A stretch of 63,924 bases of DNA, counting the filler, from Lama guanicoe (Eukaryota), in assembly GCA_013239625.1 (NCBI GenBank). It is 150 parts of 150 records of this genome, joined end to end, with 100 filler letters (N's around TTAATTAATTAA, not from the genome) between each part and the next. Parts side by side here need not be neighbours in the genome. Positions count along the whole stretch, not along the records: positions 49,906 to 50,232 come from PNXV01056353.1; positions 50,333 to 50,660 come from PNXV01056354.1; positions 50,761 to 51,088 come from PNXV01056355.1; positions 51,189 to 51,516 come from PNXV01056356.1; positions 51,617 to 51,944 come from PNXV01056357.1; positions 52,045 to 52,372 come from PNXV01056358.1; positions 52,473 to 52,800 come from PNXV01056359.1; positions 52,901 to 53,228 come from PNXV01056360.1; 142 more parts are not named here. One strand, 5' to 3'. Shown one piece after another: positions 50,151 to 62,212 of this stretch. Position numbers and translations under genes: made by a program. Positions within the stretch are counted from its first letter, which is position 1. Every line of letters begins with the position of its first letter. The notes beneath the pieces are model-generated. The model saw only the letters and a program-made list of their open reading frames with translations. It was not told the origin of the DNA and did no database searches.

Positions 50151-51616
50151 ATTTTTAAAAAGATACAAAGAAAATGCAAAGAGATAAAGAAAATACTGTC
50201 AACTGGTGGTGCTGAAAAATTGAATTTATATCNNNNNNNNNNNNNNNNNNNNNNNNNNNNNNNNNNNNNNNNNNNNTTAATTAATTAANNNNNNNNNNNN
50301 NNNNNNNNNNNNNNNNNNNNNNNNNNNNNNNNACATGACTCAGCATTCCTGAATGGAGCCAGTGCTAGGACACCATGGAAACGCTTTGAGACCGCAAGAC
50401 CAATGGCCAGATGGTAAATCATGGTGCATCCATCACACAAATCCCGTCTTGTGGCTACCTGCCTTCCCAGCATGCGGGCCTCTCCCACATGATGTCTCTA
50501 TTGTGCAGCACATCACAAACCTTTCCAAACAAAATGCTACTCCTGCTACCTTGAAGAGCTGTGAGAAGTAAAGATAATGCACGTAAAGCACCTGGCATAG
50601 TGCCTTACGCTGTCAGAGGCTCAGTAAGTTATTATTACAGCCCTTGGTAACTGCTGTCATNNNNNNNNNNNNNNNNNNNNNNNNNNNNNNNNNNNNNNNN
50701 NNNNTTAATTAATTAANNNNNNNNNNNNNNNNNNNNNNNNNNNNNNNNNNNNNNNNNNNNAACGATTTTTCAAAAAAAACAAATCAAATCAAGCAATTTA
50801 TCAAAAGAATAATTTTAAAATTATCAGATGGGATACGTATCAGGAATGCAGGGATGGTTCAACAGTAGGAAACTGGTGAATTTTACTGCATTAGCAGATT
50901 AGAAGGGAAAATCATATAAATGATCTCAGTAGATACTGAAGTTCAATCAAATTTAACATTTAAAAAAAAACTCCTTTGTATACATTAAACATGTACAACT
51001 TTTTGTTATGTCCATCATACCTCAATAAAGTGGTTTCAGGTAACCCCAAATTTCTTTGATTCACAAAGTAAATGGGAAAGTTCTTAACNNNNNNNNNNNN
51101 NNNNNNNNNNNNNNNNNNNNNNNNNNNNNNNNTTAATTAATTAANNNNNNNNNNNNNNNNNNNNNNNNNNNNNNNNNNNNNNNNNNNNCCAGGCTGTCCC
51201 ACACTACTTGCTGGAGGCCTGGCCCTGAATCAGTTTGGTGGGCAGCCACAGCAAAGTAAACTTTGGGTTCACATAGCTGTTCATCCACACTTGGACTTGG
51301 GTTAATGCTCCAACAGTTTTTTTCATTTCCATGGGGCATAAACAGCACCCAGGTTTCCAAATTTCCAGCATCTCCCTAATAGAGGAATAGGCCAATAGCT
51401 AAAATGTGGTGACTGGGACAGGTGCACCAGCGAAGCTGAGTACCCACAGCAGACGTCCTGGGCCAGGACTCATGACGTAGACAGAGCAGACCGAAGCAGG
51501 GCCTGTAATTCCCTGANNNNNNNNNNNNNNNNNNNNNNNNNNNNNNNNNNNNNNNNNNNNTTAATTAATTAANNNNNNNNNNNNNNNNNNNNNNNNNNNN
51601 NNNNNNNNNNNNNNNN

Positions 51617-51800
51617 GCCGCGGAGCGGGGCGCGGGCCCGCGGGCGGCGGGCGGCGGGGACTGGCCGCGCTGGCCGCCTCAGGTGACGGGGCCGCCGCGC
51701 CGCCACCTGTCCCCGGCCTGGCCGGCCCCCAGGACTCTGTCCCGGCGTCAGGCCGGACGCGAGGCTGGTTTCGAGGGAAATTGGGTCCTTGAACCCCAGA
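51617..51800 (+). promoter_or_regulatory. CpG-island edge, possibly a first exon/intron boundary
   Basis: Dense CpG that declines towards the 3' end. Possible donor ctcag|gtgacg near 51683. Confidence 0.5.
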
Positions 51801-52472
51801 CACACCCCCGCTCCCGGCTTCCCCTCCAGAATTGGCTTCCAGCATCAGGGAAGCTCTTCCACTCCCTGCCGCTAAAGGGAGGATGCTGAATGTGCAACTT
51901 ACAGAGGCGAAACGGGCCGACTGTCCGTTAGTAATTGTGTAAAANNNNNNNNNNNNNNNNNNNNNNNNNNNNNNNNNNNNNNNNNNNNTTAATTAATTAA
52001 NNNNNNNNNNNNNNNNNNNNNNNNNNNNNNNNNNNNNNNNNNNNTCTTAATGGAAGAGAAACAGGTGAAATGTATGCTTCGCAGAGAGACATCTAGCGAC
52101 AGGAGGGGGGCACGCGTCCTCCACACACACGTCAGAACAGGCCATGTTCACTTCCACCCTGGTCCCAAGACGCCCTCCTCGCAAATTGCTGTCCAGAGAC
52201 ACCCGCCCCTTCTTAAGACCCGTGTAAATACCAACTACGAGGCCCTGCGGTGAGGCCCTGCGGCCTCAGCACAGAACCAACACACATTTCATCACGCTCT
52301 GGAGTCACAAACCATATCTCACCAAGATGTAGGTATTTACATCACAGGCATCACGACACGTCACGTACTGCGNNNNNNNNNNNNNNNNNNNNNNNNNNNN
52401 NNNNNNNNNNNNNNNNTTAATTAATTAANNNNNNNNNNNNNNNNNNNNNNNNNNNNNNNNNNNNNNNNNNNN

Positions 52473-52800
52473 GGGGGGAAGAATTGTACATATTATAACC
52501 ATGTTAATTACAGTACATTAAAATGGTGGTTTACATTACAAATAAGCCTGTAAGTTTAAATATACTAGTGTTACAACCCAATGTACAGACTTCCTTTATA
52601 CAATACATACACTTATCAGGAATGCAAAAAAAAAAAACCAAACACATAAATAATGCCCATTTTACAGGTGACATTTTAAGCAATGAAAACACCAGGCTCT
52701 GACTGACAACTGGGGCATTGGTCCATAAAAACCCTTTCTAAAAATAGAAATATTTGTAGCAGCAATGCTTTCTTTAAGCATCTGGATACGAGTCATTGCA
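52473..52800 (-). other. Conserved-looking AU-rich distal 3'UTR (tentatively IRS2-like)
   Basis: The minus strand is U-rich with many TGTA motifs and a TGCTGCTA 8-mer (52757-52764). It resembles a human 3'UTR that I recall, but the gene assignment is uncertain. Confidence 0.5.
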
Positions 52801-55483
52801 NNNNNNNNNNNNNNNNNNNNNNNNNNNNNNNNNNNNNNNNNNNNTTAATTAATTAANNNNNNNNNNNNNNNNNNNNNNNNNNNNNNNNNNNNNNNNNNNN
52901 ATGAGTGACAAACAAAACTTTAGTATAGAAACAAGATGGGTAAGGGGTTTTAAGATAATTCCAAAAAAGATAAGAAGGCTTAGAAAAGCAGAAGGCTGTA
53001 ACTGAAAATATGCTTTAGTGATTGTCAATATATGATTTCTGAGACTGCATTCCCAGCCCCTCACCATGGGAAAACTGGTACCTAATGATGTGAGTTTTTA
53101 ATTGTGTAAATATGTAAAAACATAACATCCTCACAGACTCATCTATACTGCTATACGTGGCAGATTTGTTTATTTATTTTAACACACTTCATTTTGTAGA
53201 GAACTTTTAGTGTTACAGAAAAAATGAGNNNNNNNNNNNNNNNNNNNNNNNNNNNNNNNNNNNNNNNNNNNNTTAATTAATTAANNNNNNNNNNNNNNNN
53301 NNNNNNNNNNNNNNNNNNNNNNNNNNNNATCTGACCATTAGGGAGCTACAACTCCCTTGTGGTTTCTGGGGAAACAGTGACAGAACTCAGGCCAAGAATC
53401 AATTAAACTAAGGAGACTGTTCCATATCTTTGTTTCCTGGGAAGAGAACAGGTGTTTAATAATTTACATAAATTATGCAAAATCTAAAGCATTTACAGTA
53501 ACTAGACACTTAGCAACAGACATGAATGAGGAGGTAAATTGGCTGGTGATGTTTGGTATCAGAGCGGCGCCTGCTAGCACTGCTATTGTTATGGGTCTGT
53601 CAGCATTTCCATTATAAACACTATTTTTTAGGGTTTATATTTCAGTCCTAAAACCTNNNNNNNNNNNNNNNNNNNNNNNNNNNNNNNNNNNNNNNNNNNN
53701 TTAATTAATTAANNNNNNNNNNNNNNNNNNNNNNNNNNNNNNNNNNNNNNNNNNNNAATTAGATCCCCTGATCTTTCTCTAGCCTATTATCTGAGTTAAT
53801 CACTGTTAATTGTTTAGAGTGTCTATATATATTTTTGTAGATCAAAATCCTTATCGTGTAGTTATACATTTAGTTTGGTAGATTTTTCCTCTGTTTTTCT
53901 TATACAGAAATTGTGTCATTCTGTTCATATGTTTCTGAAACTTATGTTTTTTCTAATTAACGTCTTGTTTGGAATTGTATTTTGATTTCTTCTTACCCTT
54001 ATTGTGATGACCTTACTATATGTCGCCTATTTTATCTAACTGTTCTCCAATCAGCGGTCATTATATGTGCTAAAGTTTTACATTNNNNNNNNNNNNNNNN
54101 NNNNNNNNNNNNNNNNNNNNNNNNNNNNTTAATTAATTAANNNNNNNNNNNNNNNNNNNNNNNNNNNNNNNNNNNNNNNNNNNNGCTGAACCTGCAGTCA
54201 ATCAGGTGTAGGTCTTACCAGCCCTACAAGGGAGGCATTCTGATTATCCTCCTCTGATAAATGATGAAACTGAGTTACAAAGGTATTAGATAACTTACTC
54301 AGGCTTAATATACCCAGTAGGATGCTGACTGGAATTTGAGTTTAGAAAGTCAAAGGCTGATAAGGAATTCTCTAATTTGGTTAACCTTAGAATTCAAGCT
54401 AATAAATTCACATCTCAACTGAGTAACTAGAAATGGAAAGTGTTTTCATATAGTAAGATATTTATAACCAGAAAATATTGACGATATATTCAAATATGAA
54501 AGGAATTCAGAANNNNNNNNNNNNNNNNNNNNNNNNNNNNNNNNNNNNNNNNNNNNTTAATTAATTAANNNNNNNNNNNNNNNNNNNNNNNNNNNNNNNN
54601 NNNNNNNNNNNNGGCCAAGGCAGGATGCAGGGGTCAGTCCAGGCAGAAGCCTGGACCCAGTAGCTGCAGGAGAATCTGGATGGTGGGTGTAGGAGGGGAG
54701 CTGCTTGTTAGGAGCTCAGGTGGGAGGCTGAAGAGGGTACCTGAGGGGCCCTGTGACAGGCAAGAGGGTGGGTGGGGGCCAAGAGAAGGCATCTGGATGT
54801 CAAAGTCACAGCCAGAGACCTGGGGTCTGACCCCACCTTCATTCCCCAAAGAATAGGTCAATTTTTATGTGAGGAAGCAGAAATGGGAGGAGAGTCTGCA
54901 GCCACATGGGCTGAGGTTCAGAGAGTCAGGCTACAGGGAGNNNNNNNNNNNNNNNNNNNNNNNNNNNNNNNNNNNNNNNNNNNNTTAATTAATTAANNNN
55001 NNNNNNNNNNNNNNNNNNNNNNNNNNNNNNNNNNNNNNNNGCGAAGGGCTTGAGAAAGGTCAATGTAGATGTGACAAATTTAGAAAAAAACAAAGGCCTA
55101 AATTTAGCGTTTTGACCCTCATGAATTGTTGATCTTTTCTTTCTTTCTTTCCATAGTTAGAAAACCTTAAGGGTTTTCTAGGGGACCTCTAGGAGAACCG
55201 TGTCTTCTCCAACCTTGGGTCCTGGGCTCCCCCCTCGGCACTCTGGTCCTCAGAACCTGTCTGGCTCTGGCTCTGTTGGTTCTATATCCCTCCCGTGGTC
55301 TCTATGTCCTTCTTTAATATCTCTGTTCTCCTTCCATCATTGTTTGTCCAACAGGCTTTTTTTTTTTTNNNNNNNNNNNNNNNNNNNNNNNNNNNNNNNN
55401 NNNNNNNNNNNNTTAATTAATTAANNNNNNNNNNNNNNNNNNNNNNNNNNNNNNNNNNNNNNNNNNNNGAGAGGTTGTGTCTT

Positions 55484-55498
55484 CAGCAGAGGGCGCTG
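55484..55498 (+). promoter_or_regulatory. Candidate CTCF-binding motif
   Basis: CAGCAGAGGGCGCTG closely fits the CTCF core consensus CCASYAGRKGGCRS. Sequence match only. Confidence 0.55.
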
Positions 55499-55896
55499 TT
55501 GAGTTATTATGCTGCCCGGTGAGGTGGTGCAGGAAACTCACCCAGGGCCTGGCACCTACTGGCAGCTCCAAAGTAGTCATTCTGCTGAACTAGGTACACG
55601 CGAAGGATGGGATCCATCCTGGGAGCATCCGGGGCACTGTAGGTTCTGGTTTGGGGACCCTCAGAGGTCCAGGTGCCCTGGGCAAGGTCCAGTGCTAGGG
55701 GCATGACTGATGCTTCCTTGAAGACTTTTCTCTTGGGAAGAATAACGCTCACTCTGAAACCCCCACCTGGCCCTTCTGACCTCAGGGAATTACCAGNNNN
55801 NNNNNNNNNNNNNNNNNNNNNNNNNNNNNNNNNNNNNNNNTTAATTAATTAANNNNNNNNNNNNNNNNNNNNNNNNNNNNNNNNNNNNNNNNNNNN

Positions 55897-56220
55897 AAAA
55901 TCCTGGCTCTACTCCCTGTGCTGTACAATGTATCCTGGTAGCTTATTTATTTTATACATGATAGTTTATACCTCTTAATCCTCTGCCCCATGGTGCCCCC
56001 TGCCACCTTCCCTCTCCTCATTGGTTTGTTCTCTAGATCTGTGAGTCTGCTTCTTTTTTTTTTTTATTACATTCATTTGTTTGTTTTGTTTTTTAGATTC
56101 CATATATAAGTGATATCATATGGTGTTTGTCTTTCTCTGTCTTACTTCACTTAGAATAATGCCTGCCAAGTACATCCATGTTGCTGCAAATGGCATTATT
56201 TCATTCTTTTTCATGGCTGA
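55897..56220 (-). mobile_element. LINE-1 3' end fragment
   Basis: ttagattccatatataagtgatatcatatggtgtttgtctttctctgtc...catccatgttgctgcaaatggcattatttcattctttttcatggctga. Confidence 0.92.
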
Positions 56221-56320
56221 NNNNNNNNNNNNNNNNNNNNNNNNNNNNNNNNNNNNNNNNNNNNTTAATTAATTAANNNNNNNNNNNNNNNNNNNNNNNN
56301 NNNNNNNNNNNNNNNNNNNN

Positions 56321-56648
56321 TGCTGGTTGACTCTGAGTTATGAATTTTGACTGAAGACACTGAGACATTTATTGCATTTCCCTGATTTGTCCAGGATGGA
56401 TTTTCTGACCGTAAGTGAGGCTTTTCCACATTCATAGCACATCCATCATTTCTCCCCACAATGAATCGCCTATGAATTTAAAGTGTAAATTTTGAATGAT
56501 GACCTTCGCACATATACCATATTGATATGGTTTCCCCTGTGTATCTACTCCCTGAGGTGTAGTCAGAGTTGAGATGTGAGGAAAGGCTTTTCAACACTCG
56601 TTACTGTTGAAAGGTTTCTCACTATGAATACTCCGATGCCTTGCACGT
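56321..56648 (-). pseudogene. Degenerate C2H2 zinc-finger array (pseudogene or decayed fingers in the 3'UTR of a KRAB-ZNF gene)
   Basis: The minus strand reads RARHRSIHSEKPFNSNEC*KAFPHISTLTTPQGVDTQGKPYQYGICAKVIIQNLH. HTGEKPY-like linkers recur at ~28-aa spacing, with a stop, frameshifts and lost Cys/His. Confidence 0.85.
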
Positions 56649-56748
56649 NNNNNNNNNNNNNNNNNNNNNNNNNNNNNNNNNNNNNNNNNNNNTTAATTAA
56701 TTAANNNNNNNNNNNNNNNNNNNNNNNNNNNNNNNNNNNNNNNNNNNN

Positions 56749-57076
56749 CTTTAATTTTTCTTAAAAATATTAACAAACAGGTAAGCATTTAGCCAGGTTT
56801 ATCAAGAAATGCAGAGACTGGACCCTAACAAAGAAAGAAATGAAACAGTAGAAATAATATCTGATACTACAGAAATACAAAAAATGATTATGAAAGCAGT
56901 ATCAGCTATTACATGACAACAAATTGGATGACCTAAAAGAAATGGACATATTTCTAGAAACGTACAGCCTAACCACAATGAATAAAAAGAATACTGAGGA
57001 CTTGAAAAGAGCAATCGGTATAAGTTTAGTAAAATCTATAATTTAAAAAACACCCCTTGAACAAAATGCCTGGATG
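56749..57076 (+). mobile_element. LINE-1 ORF2 fragment (degenerate)
   Basis: ctgatactacagaaatacaaaaaatg...caacaaattggatgacctaaaagaaatggacatatttctagaaac. Confidence 0.88.
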
Positions 57077-57604
57077 NNNNNNNNNNNNNNNNNNNNNNNN
57101 NNNNNNNNNNNNNNNNNNNNTTAATTAATTAANNNNNNNNNNNNNNNNNNNNNNNNNNNNNNNNNNNNNNNNNNNNCCCACTTGTGTTTTTATGTTTGCT
57201 GTGTTTCCAAACAGTTGGGTATAAAAGCAAATATTTGGATGTAAAACCTTCCCTTTCTTTAGTATCGTATGTCCTACAAAGAAAAAAAATAAAAATAAAA
57301 CTGGGCCCCAACATGTCATAAAAAGTGCTATTAAGACCCATAATACCCACTTTAAAAATTTTTCCTATGCCTACTCAGACTACAATCTGTACCTCAATCT
57401 CCCTTATTGTTAATCATATGAGTCTTTAGTTCATAAGATGGCTGAAACTACATTATTAAAACAATTCCCTTCTGTTAGTAACTTCCTGGGTTTTGATGTT
57501 TAAANNNNNNNNNNNNNNNNNNNNNNNNNNNNNNNNNNNNNNNNNNNNTTAATTAATTAANNNNNNNNNNNNNNNNNNNNNNNNNNNNNNNNNNNNNNNN
57601 NNNN

Positions 57605-57652
57605 GCCAAGAACAAGACTGGAGCTGCTCCTATCATTGATGTGGTGCGATCG
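57605..57652 (+). CDS. RPL27A: 60S ribosomal protein L27a, 3' part of an internal exon followed by an intron
   Basis: AKNKTGAAPIIDVVRS matches the recalled RPL27A (uL15) sequence and is immediately followed by a GTGAGT donor at 57653. Confidence 0.93.
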
Positions 57653-59109
57653 GTGAGTGAATTGAAGATTATTTGCCTATAAATGGGCCCCTGCCTCTCA
57701 AAACTCTGGGTAATCTAGCCTACTCGATCTCCCACCTGAAGTCTATACCCAGCTACCTACTAGATAATTCCACCTTTTGGTAGAATTTCCACAGGTGATT
57801 CACTGACCATAATTGAACTCTTGTTTAATTGTGATTGAGGCAGAATGTCTGAAGAGTGATCCTTACACTCATTCATTTACTTCATTTTCACTTGAATGTT
57901 CTTCCAGACAGTTTCTTATTCCTACCATCAGTNNNNNNNNNNNNNNNNNNNNNNNNNNNNNNNNNNNNNNNNNNNNTTAATTAATTAANNNNNNNNNNNN
58001 NNNNNNNNNNNNNNNNNNNNNNNNNNNNNNNNTTCCTGATTTTGTCCCTGCTTATGCCCCTCCATTGCTGGAGTAAGAGATTCTGGCCCGATGGCAGACG
58101 ACGAAAGCTGCTTGCATGTAAAAAGTAAATTCTTACTTTCAAAATCTCACGTTTCATACCCAATAGCAGACGTCATGAAATGGCCTTATGATAGAGGGTA
58201 GGGGGATGTGCTTGTTAACACTCTCCTTTCTGGAAGAATAAACATTTCCTAACTTCCCTACACTATTTAGAAGATAATGATTCGTTGTTTGGAAGTCTCC
58301 TTTGCTTACATGTCTAACTCCTAACATTCTACCCCAAAGAATAGGATGGACCGTGTTGTTNNNNNNNNNNNNNNNNNNNNNNNNNNNNNNNNNNNNNNNN
58401 NNNNTTAATTAATTAANNNNNNNNNNNNNNNNNNNNNNNNNNNNNNNNNNNNNNNNNNNNGTGGTATCATATGGCATTTTTCTCTCTTCTGGCTTACTTC
58501 ACTCAGAATTATGAAGGAAAAGCCCAGCTGGGCTAAAAGGCTAAGTCGGAAATCTAAGTGCAACATGTGTCGGATTAGTGATCTGAGTCCTGCTGGCAAA
58601 TCGTAAATCGAAGTTAATAAATGTCGGGTGTTGATTCCCTTTTCATGTTTTCCTAGCCTGCTGGATTTTGAAAGAGATATATCTGGCCTTGAAATGTTGA
58701 TTTGCTGCCTCACTGCCTCTCCTTTTGTGATTGTGATGCTCTAAGCTGTTCCACGCCTATTTGCCGAATACCACAAGCTTTTACTTAANNNNNNNNNNNN
58801 NNNNNNNNNNNNNNNNNNNNNNNNNNNNNNNNTTAATTAATTAANNNNNNNNNNNNNNNNNNNNNNNNNNNNNNNNNNNNNNNNNNNNTTCTGTGTCTTG
58901 GGACACGAACTGTATGTGGGCCTCATGATTTGACATTCAGGGAGTCCTGAAATGGCACCTGAGCCACTCTCCAGAAGTGCCAGCCCTTCCCCTAGCACAC
59001 ATCTAACAAGAGTGAAGCAGGCTATGAAAGGCTCTTGCAATTTTGGCATTCCCTTCAGTGGATCACCTTCAGTCTGCATCGCCAAACAACAGAGGTGAAC
59101 TAGTTAGGT

Positions 59110-59216
59110 CTAGAACATCACTGCCCAATAGAAATATAATGTGAGCCGCAAATTTGATCAATACATGTAACCTTAAATGTTCCAGTAGTACATTTAAAAA
59201 GTAAAAAGAAAAAAAT
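59110..59216. mobile_element. MER3/MER33-like DNA transposon fragment
   Basis: ctgcccaatagaaatataatgtgagcc...atgtaaccttaaatgttccagtagtacatttaaaaagtaaaaaga. Confidence 0.75.
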
Positions 59217-59829
59217 NNNNNNNNNNNNNNNNNNNNNNNNNNNNNNNNNNNNNNNNNNNNTTAATTAATTAANNNNNNNNNNNNNNNNNNNNNNNNNNNN
59301 NNNNNNNNNNNNNNNNCTGTTCGCACCTTTTTTGATGTTACAGGTGTACATGCCCTTGGGCTAAATGAAGCACCACACGATAAACGGGACGAAAACTGAA
59401 CAAAGTACGTTCAATACTTGGAAGGACTAAATAATTGTTACTTAAATCGGCTCCCAGGACACAAGAGCATGTTCGTTTCTCAAGATGGAAACATAGGACT
59501 GAGGTGCTTCAGTAGAGCAGTGCGTTTGCCAAGGGTCTGCTGTGTGCGGTCGGCCCGTCAGCGTCAGGGCAGTGTTTTCTCTGCCCAGGAAAACGCACAC
59601 AGGCACGTGAGCCCCCTGGGCGCGAAGGCCAGGGAGCGTGTGATNNNNNNNNNNNNNNNNNNNNNNNNNNNNNNNNNNNNNNNNNNNNTTAATTAATTAA
59701 NNNNNNNNNNNNNNNNNNNNNNNNNNNNNNNNNNNNNNNNNNNNTTCACCTCAGCGAGTGTTGTCTTATGTTCAACAGAGAGTGGGGCTGTTTGATCATC
59801 TTATCTCATGTGACAAAGTACAGCAGGAA

Positions 59830-60072
59830 TGCTTAAAAGCGAAGACTCTGGAATCCTACAGAGCTGGATCCAGACACAGGCTCCTCTTTATTCTGACTTT
59901 GAACCTGGGCAAGTGGCTTCAATCCTTTAACCCTCAATGTCTTCATCTGTAAAGTGAAAGTTACTTGAACCTTTGCTATTCTAGGACTGAATGAATTAAT
60001 CCGGGCAAATAGTTCAGCAGAGAGCCTTCTAGAGAGTAATGCCAGATAACTACTATTGGCTATCATTTACAG
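59830..60072. mobile_element. MIR SINE fragment
   Basis: gaacctgggcaagtggcttcaatcctttaaccctcaatgtcttcatctgtaaagtg. Confidence 0.7.
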
Positions 60073-61289
60073 NNNNNNNNNNNNNNNNNNNNNNNNNNNN
60101 NNNNNNNNNNNNNNNNTTAATTAATTAANNNNNNNNNNNNNNNNNNNNNNNNNNNNNNNNNNNNNNNNNNNNCTCTCCCACTCACATTTCACAAGGAAGG
60201 GAAATACCATCCCCCATACACGTGCAAAGGACTTGAGTCAAACAAAAATTAGAAAGCTGCTCAAATGACTTCCAAACCTCTTGACCACCTCAGACACACT
60301 TACTCGCCCTCCAAGATGTCAGCGAAATGTCATTCTTTACCGACCTTCATCTCTGCTTCTATATGTAGGCTACTGATGCAAACTGTGCTCACCTCTGGAA
60401 AGCATTTCTCATATTGTGCTTCACACTCTATAAAGGTGAGGACTTCATTTTCCTCTGACCTAGTCCAAGTAGCATAAAGATATCTTTAAGAATGATTTCC
60501 NNNNNNNNNNNNNNNNNNNNNNNNNNNNNNNNNNNNNNNNNNNNTTAATTAATTAANNNNNNNNNNNNNNNNNNNNNNNNNNNNNNNNNNNNNNNNNNNN
60601 AAAAAATGGTAGAATATTAGGAAGTCACTGGAATCTAGACCCAGTAGCTTAACTTGTTCTTGACAGGGTTGCAGTGGGGAGACTGAGAGCAGGTCTTCTG
60701 TATTTTTCAGACCCTGACTCTTTCCCAAGCACAGCGTTAGTAGAGTCCTGGTGCTGGGCTCACATGGGACATTTAGCGCCTTCCAGGTCCTTGAGGATAA
60801 TATCCCTGAAGCATTTGCCTCAAGACAGATAGTTGTTTTCACATCTCAGTCTCAATGAGGTAAATGGGGAATAGATGCTCTGCTTTTTTTTTGTTACTGT
60901 TGGTTTGCTTGTTTTCAGAGACCTCTTCNNNNNNNNNNNNNNNNNNNNNNNNNNNNNNNNNNNNNNNNNNNNTTAATTAATTAANNNNNNNNNNNNNNNN
61001 NNNNNNNNNNNNNNNNNNNNNNNNNNNNTGCTCCAAGTATGGGAAACTCTGGATTACCCAAGTTAAAACAGACATCTCAAAAGTCTTGAATCCGAGGATG
61101 CTATTGAAGAAGGAGCTCTGGTTTGCTATAGTTTTAGACCTGTTTAACATCGAAATCTTTCTCCCGCCTCCACCTTCAAGCGCTTCTTGAAGACAGCGCA
61201 TTTGGCAAAGTTCCTTTAGTAAGAAATTGGTCCATCCCACTCACTTGATCCATGATTAGATACTGTCTTTTCAAAAGGGAAAGACTTCA

Positions 61290-61356
61290 GTGGTAGTTGG
61301 TTTCAGCTGCCGATACCAAAGCACCACACACTGGGGGCTTTCACAACAGACATTTA
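61290..61356. mobile_element. MLT1-type LTR end
   Basis: gctgccgataccaaagcaccacacactgggggctttcacaacagacattta. Confidence 0.7.
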
Positions 61357-61884
61357 NNNNNNNNNNNNNNNNNNNNNNNNNNNNNNNNNNNNNNNNNNNN
61401 TTAATTAATTAANNNNNNNNNNNNNNNNNNNNNNNNNNNNNNNNNNNNNNNNNNNNCTGTGTGACCTCAGTTAAATTATTTACCTCTCTGAGCTCCTAGA
61501 AATCATCTATAAGGAGTACATACTTCTCACAGTTGTCACATAGTAAATGTGTTAGCATGTGTGTAATTAAATGAAGGATAATGATATATTTTACACCACT
61601 TAAATAAATGAAGTCTTGCCTGCAGAGAAGAATCCGTGAGCTGGCAGGCGGCTATGTGCAGCATGACCTGGCTTAGCTAACAACCTCATAATCATAGCTA
61701 ACAGAAACACAAAAATAGGCAAATCTAATTGTAAATTTCAGGTGGGCTTACACTTCTGGGATATAACTCTTCTCTCTCTCTCTCNNNNNNNNNNNNNNNN
61801 NNNNNNNNNNNNNNNNNNNNNNNNNNNNTTAATTAATTAANNNNNNNNNNNNNNNNNNNNNNNNNNNNNNNNNNNNNNNNNNNN

Positions 61885-62212
61885 AATAAAACTGGAAGAA
61901 ATAAATTGCAACTTGGGAGACACAGGTTTGGGTAAAACTGAGTGTTTCAAAGACGGGTGTCAGGGGCTTATAAAGACAAAAAGCCAAGAGGTTGTCAAAA
62001 GTTGCCTGATGAGAATTGTGACTGACACTGATGTGAGCCAGTCAGGAAACCTTTGTCCTTAAGGCATCACAGGTTATTTTCGGGTAGGGGCTTAGTGAGT
62101 ATCTGAAGTTTCTGGCAGGTGCTCCAGATGACTTCATTAGGGCAATAAAAGCTCACAGGGTCAGATTCTCTGTGGGCTGAGATGTGCATAAGTCACACCT
62201 CCTTAGTGAGCC
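61885..62212. mobile_element. Probable ERV LTR fragment
   Basis: ttgcaacttgggagacacaggtttgggtaaa...ggggcttataaagacaaaaagcc resembles antisense ERV1 LTR sequence. Confidence 0.45.

Noticed and set aside
55158..55180. Inverted repeat TAGAAAACC-ttaag-GGTTTTCTA
   Set aside because: A 9-bp AT-rich stem is plausible by chance, and nothing supports an RNA gene or element end.
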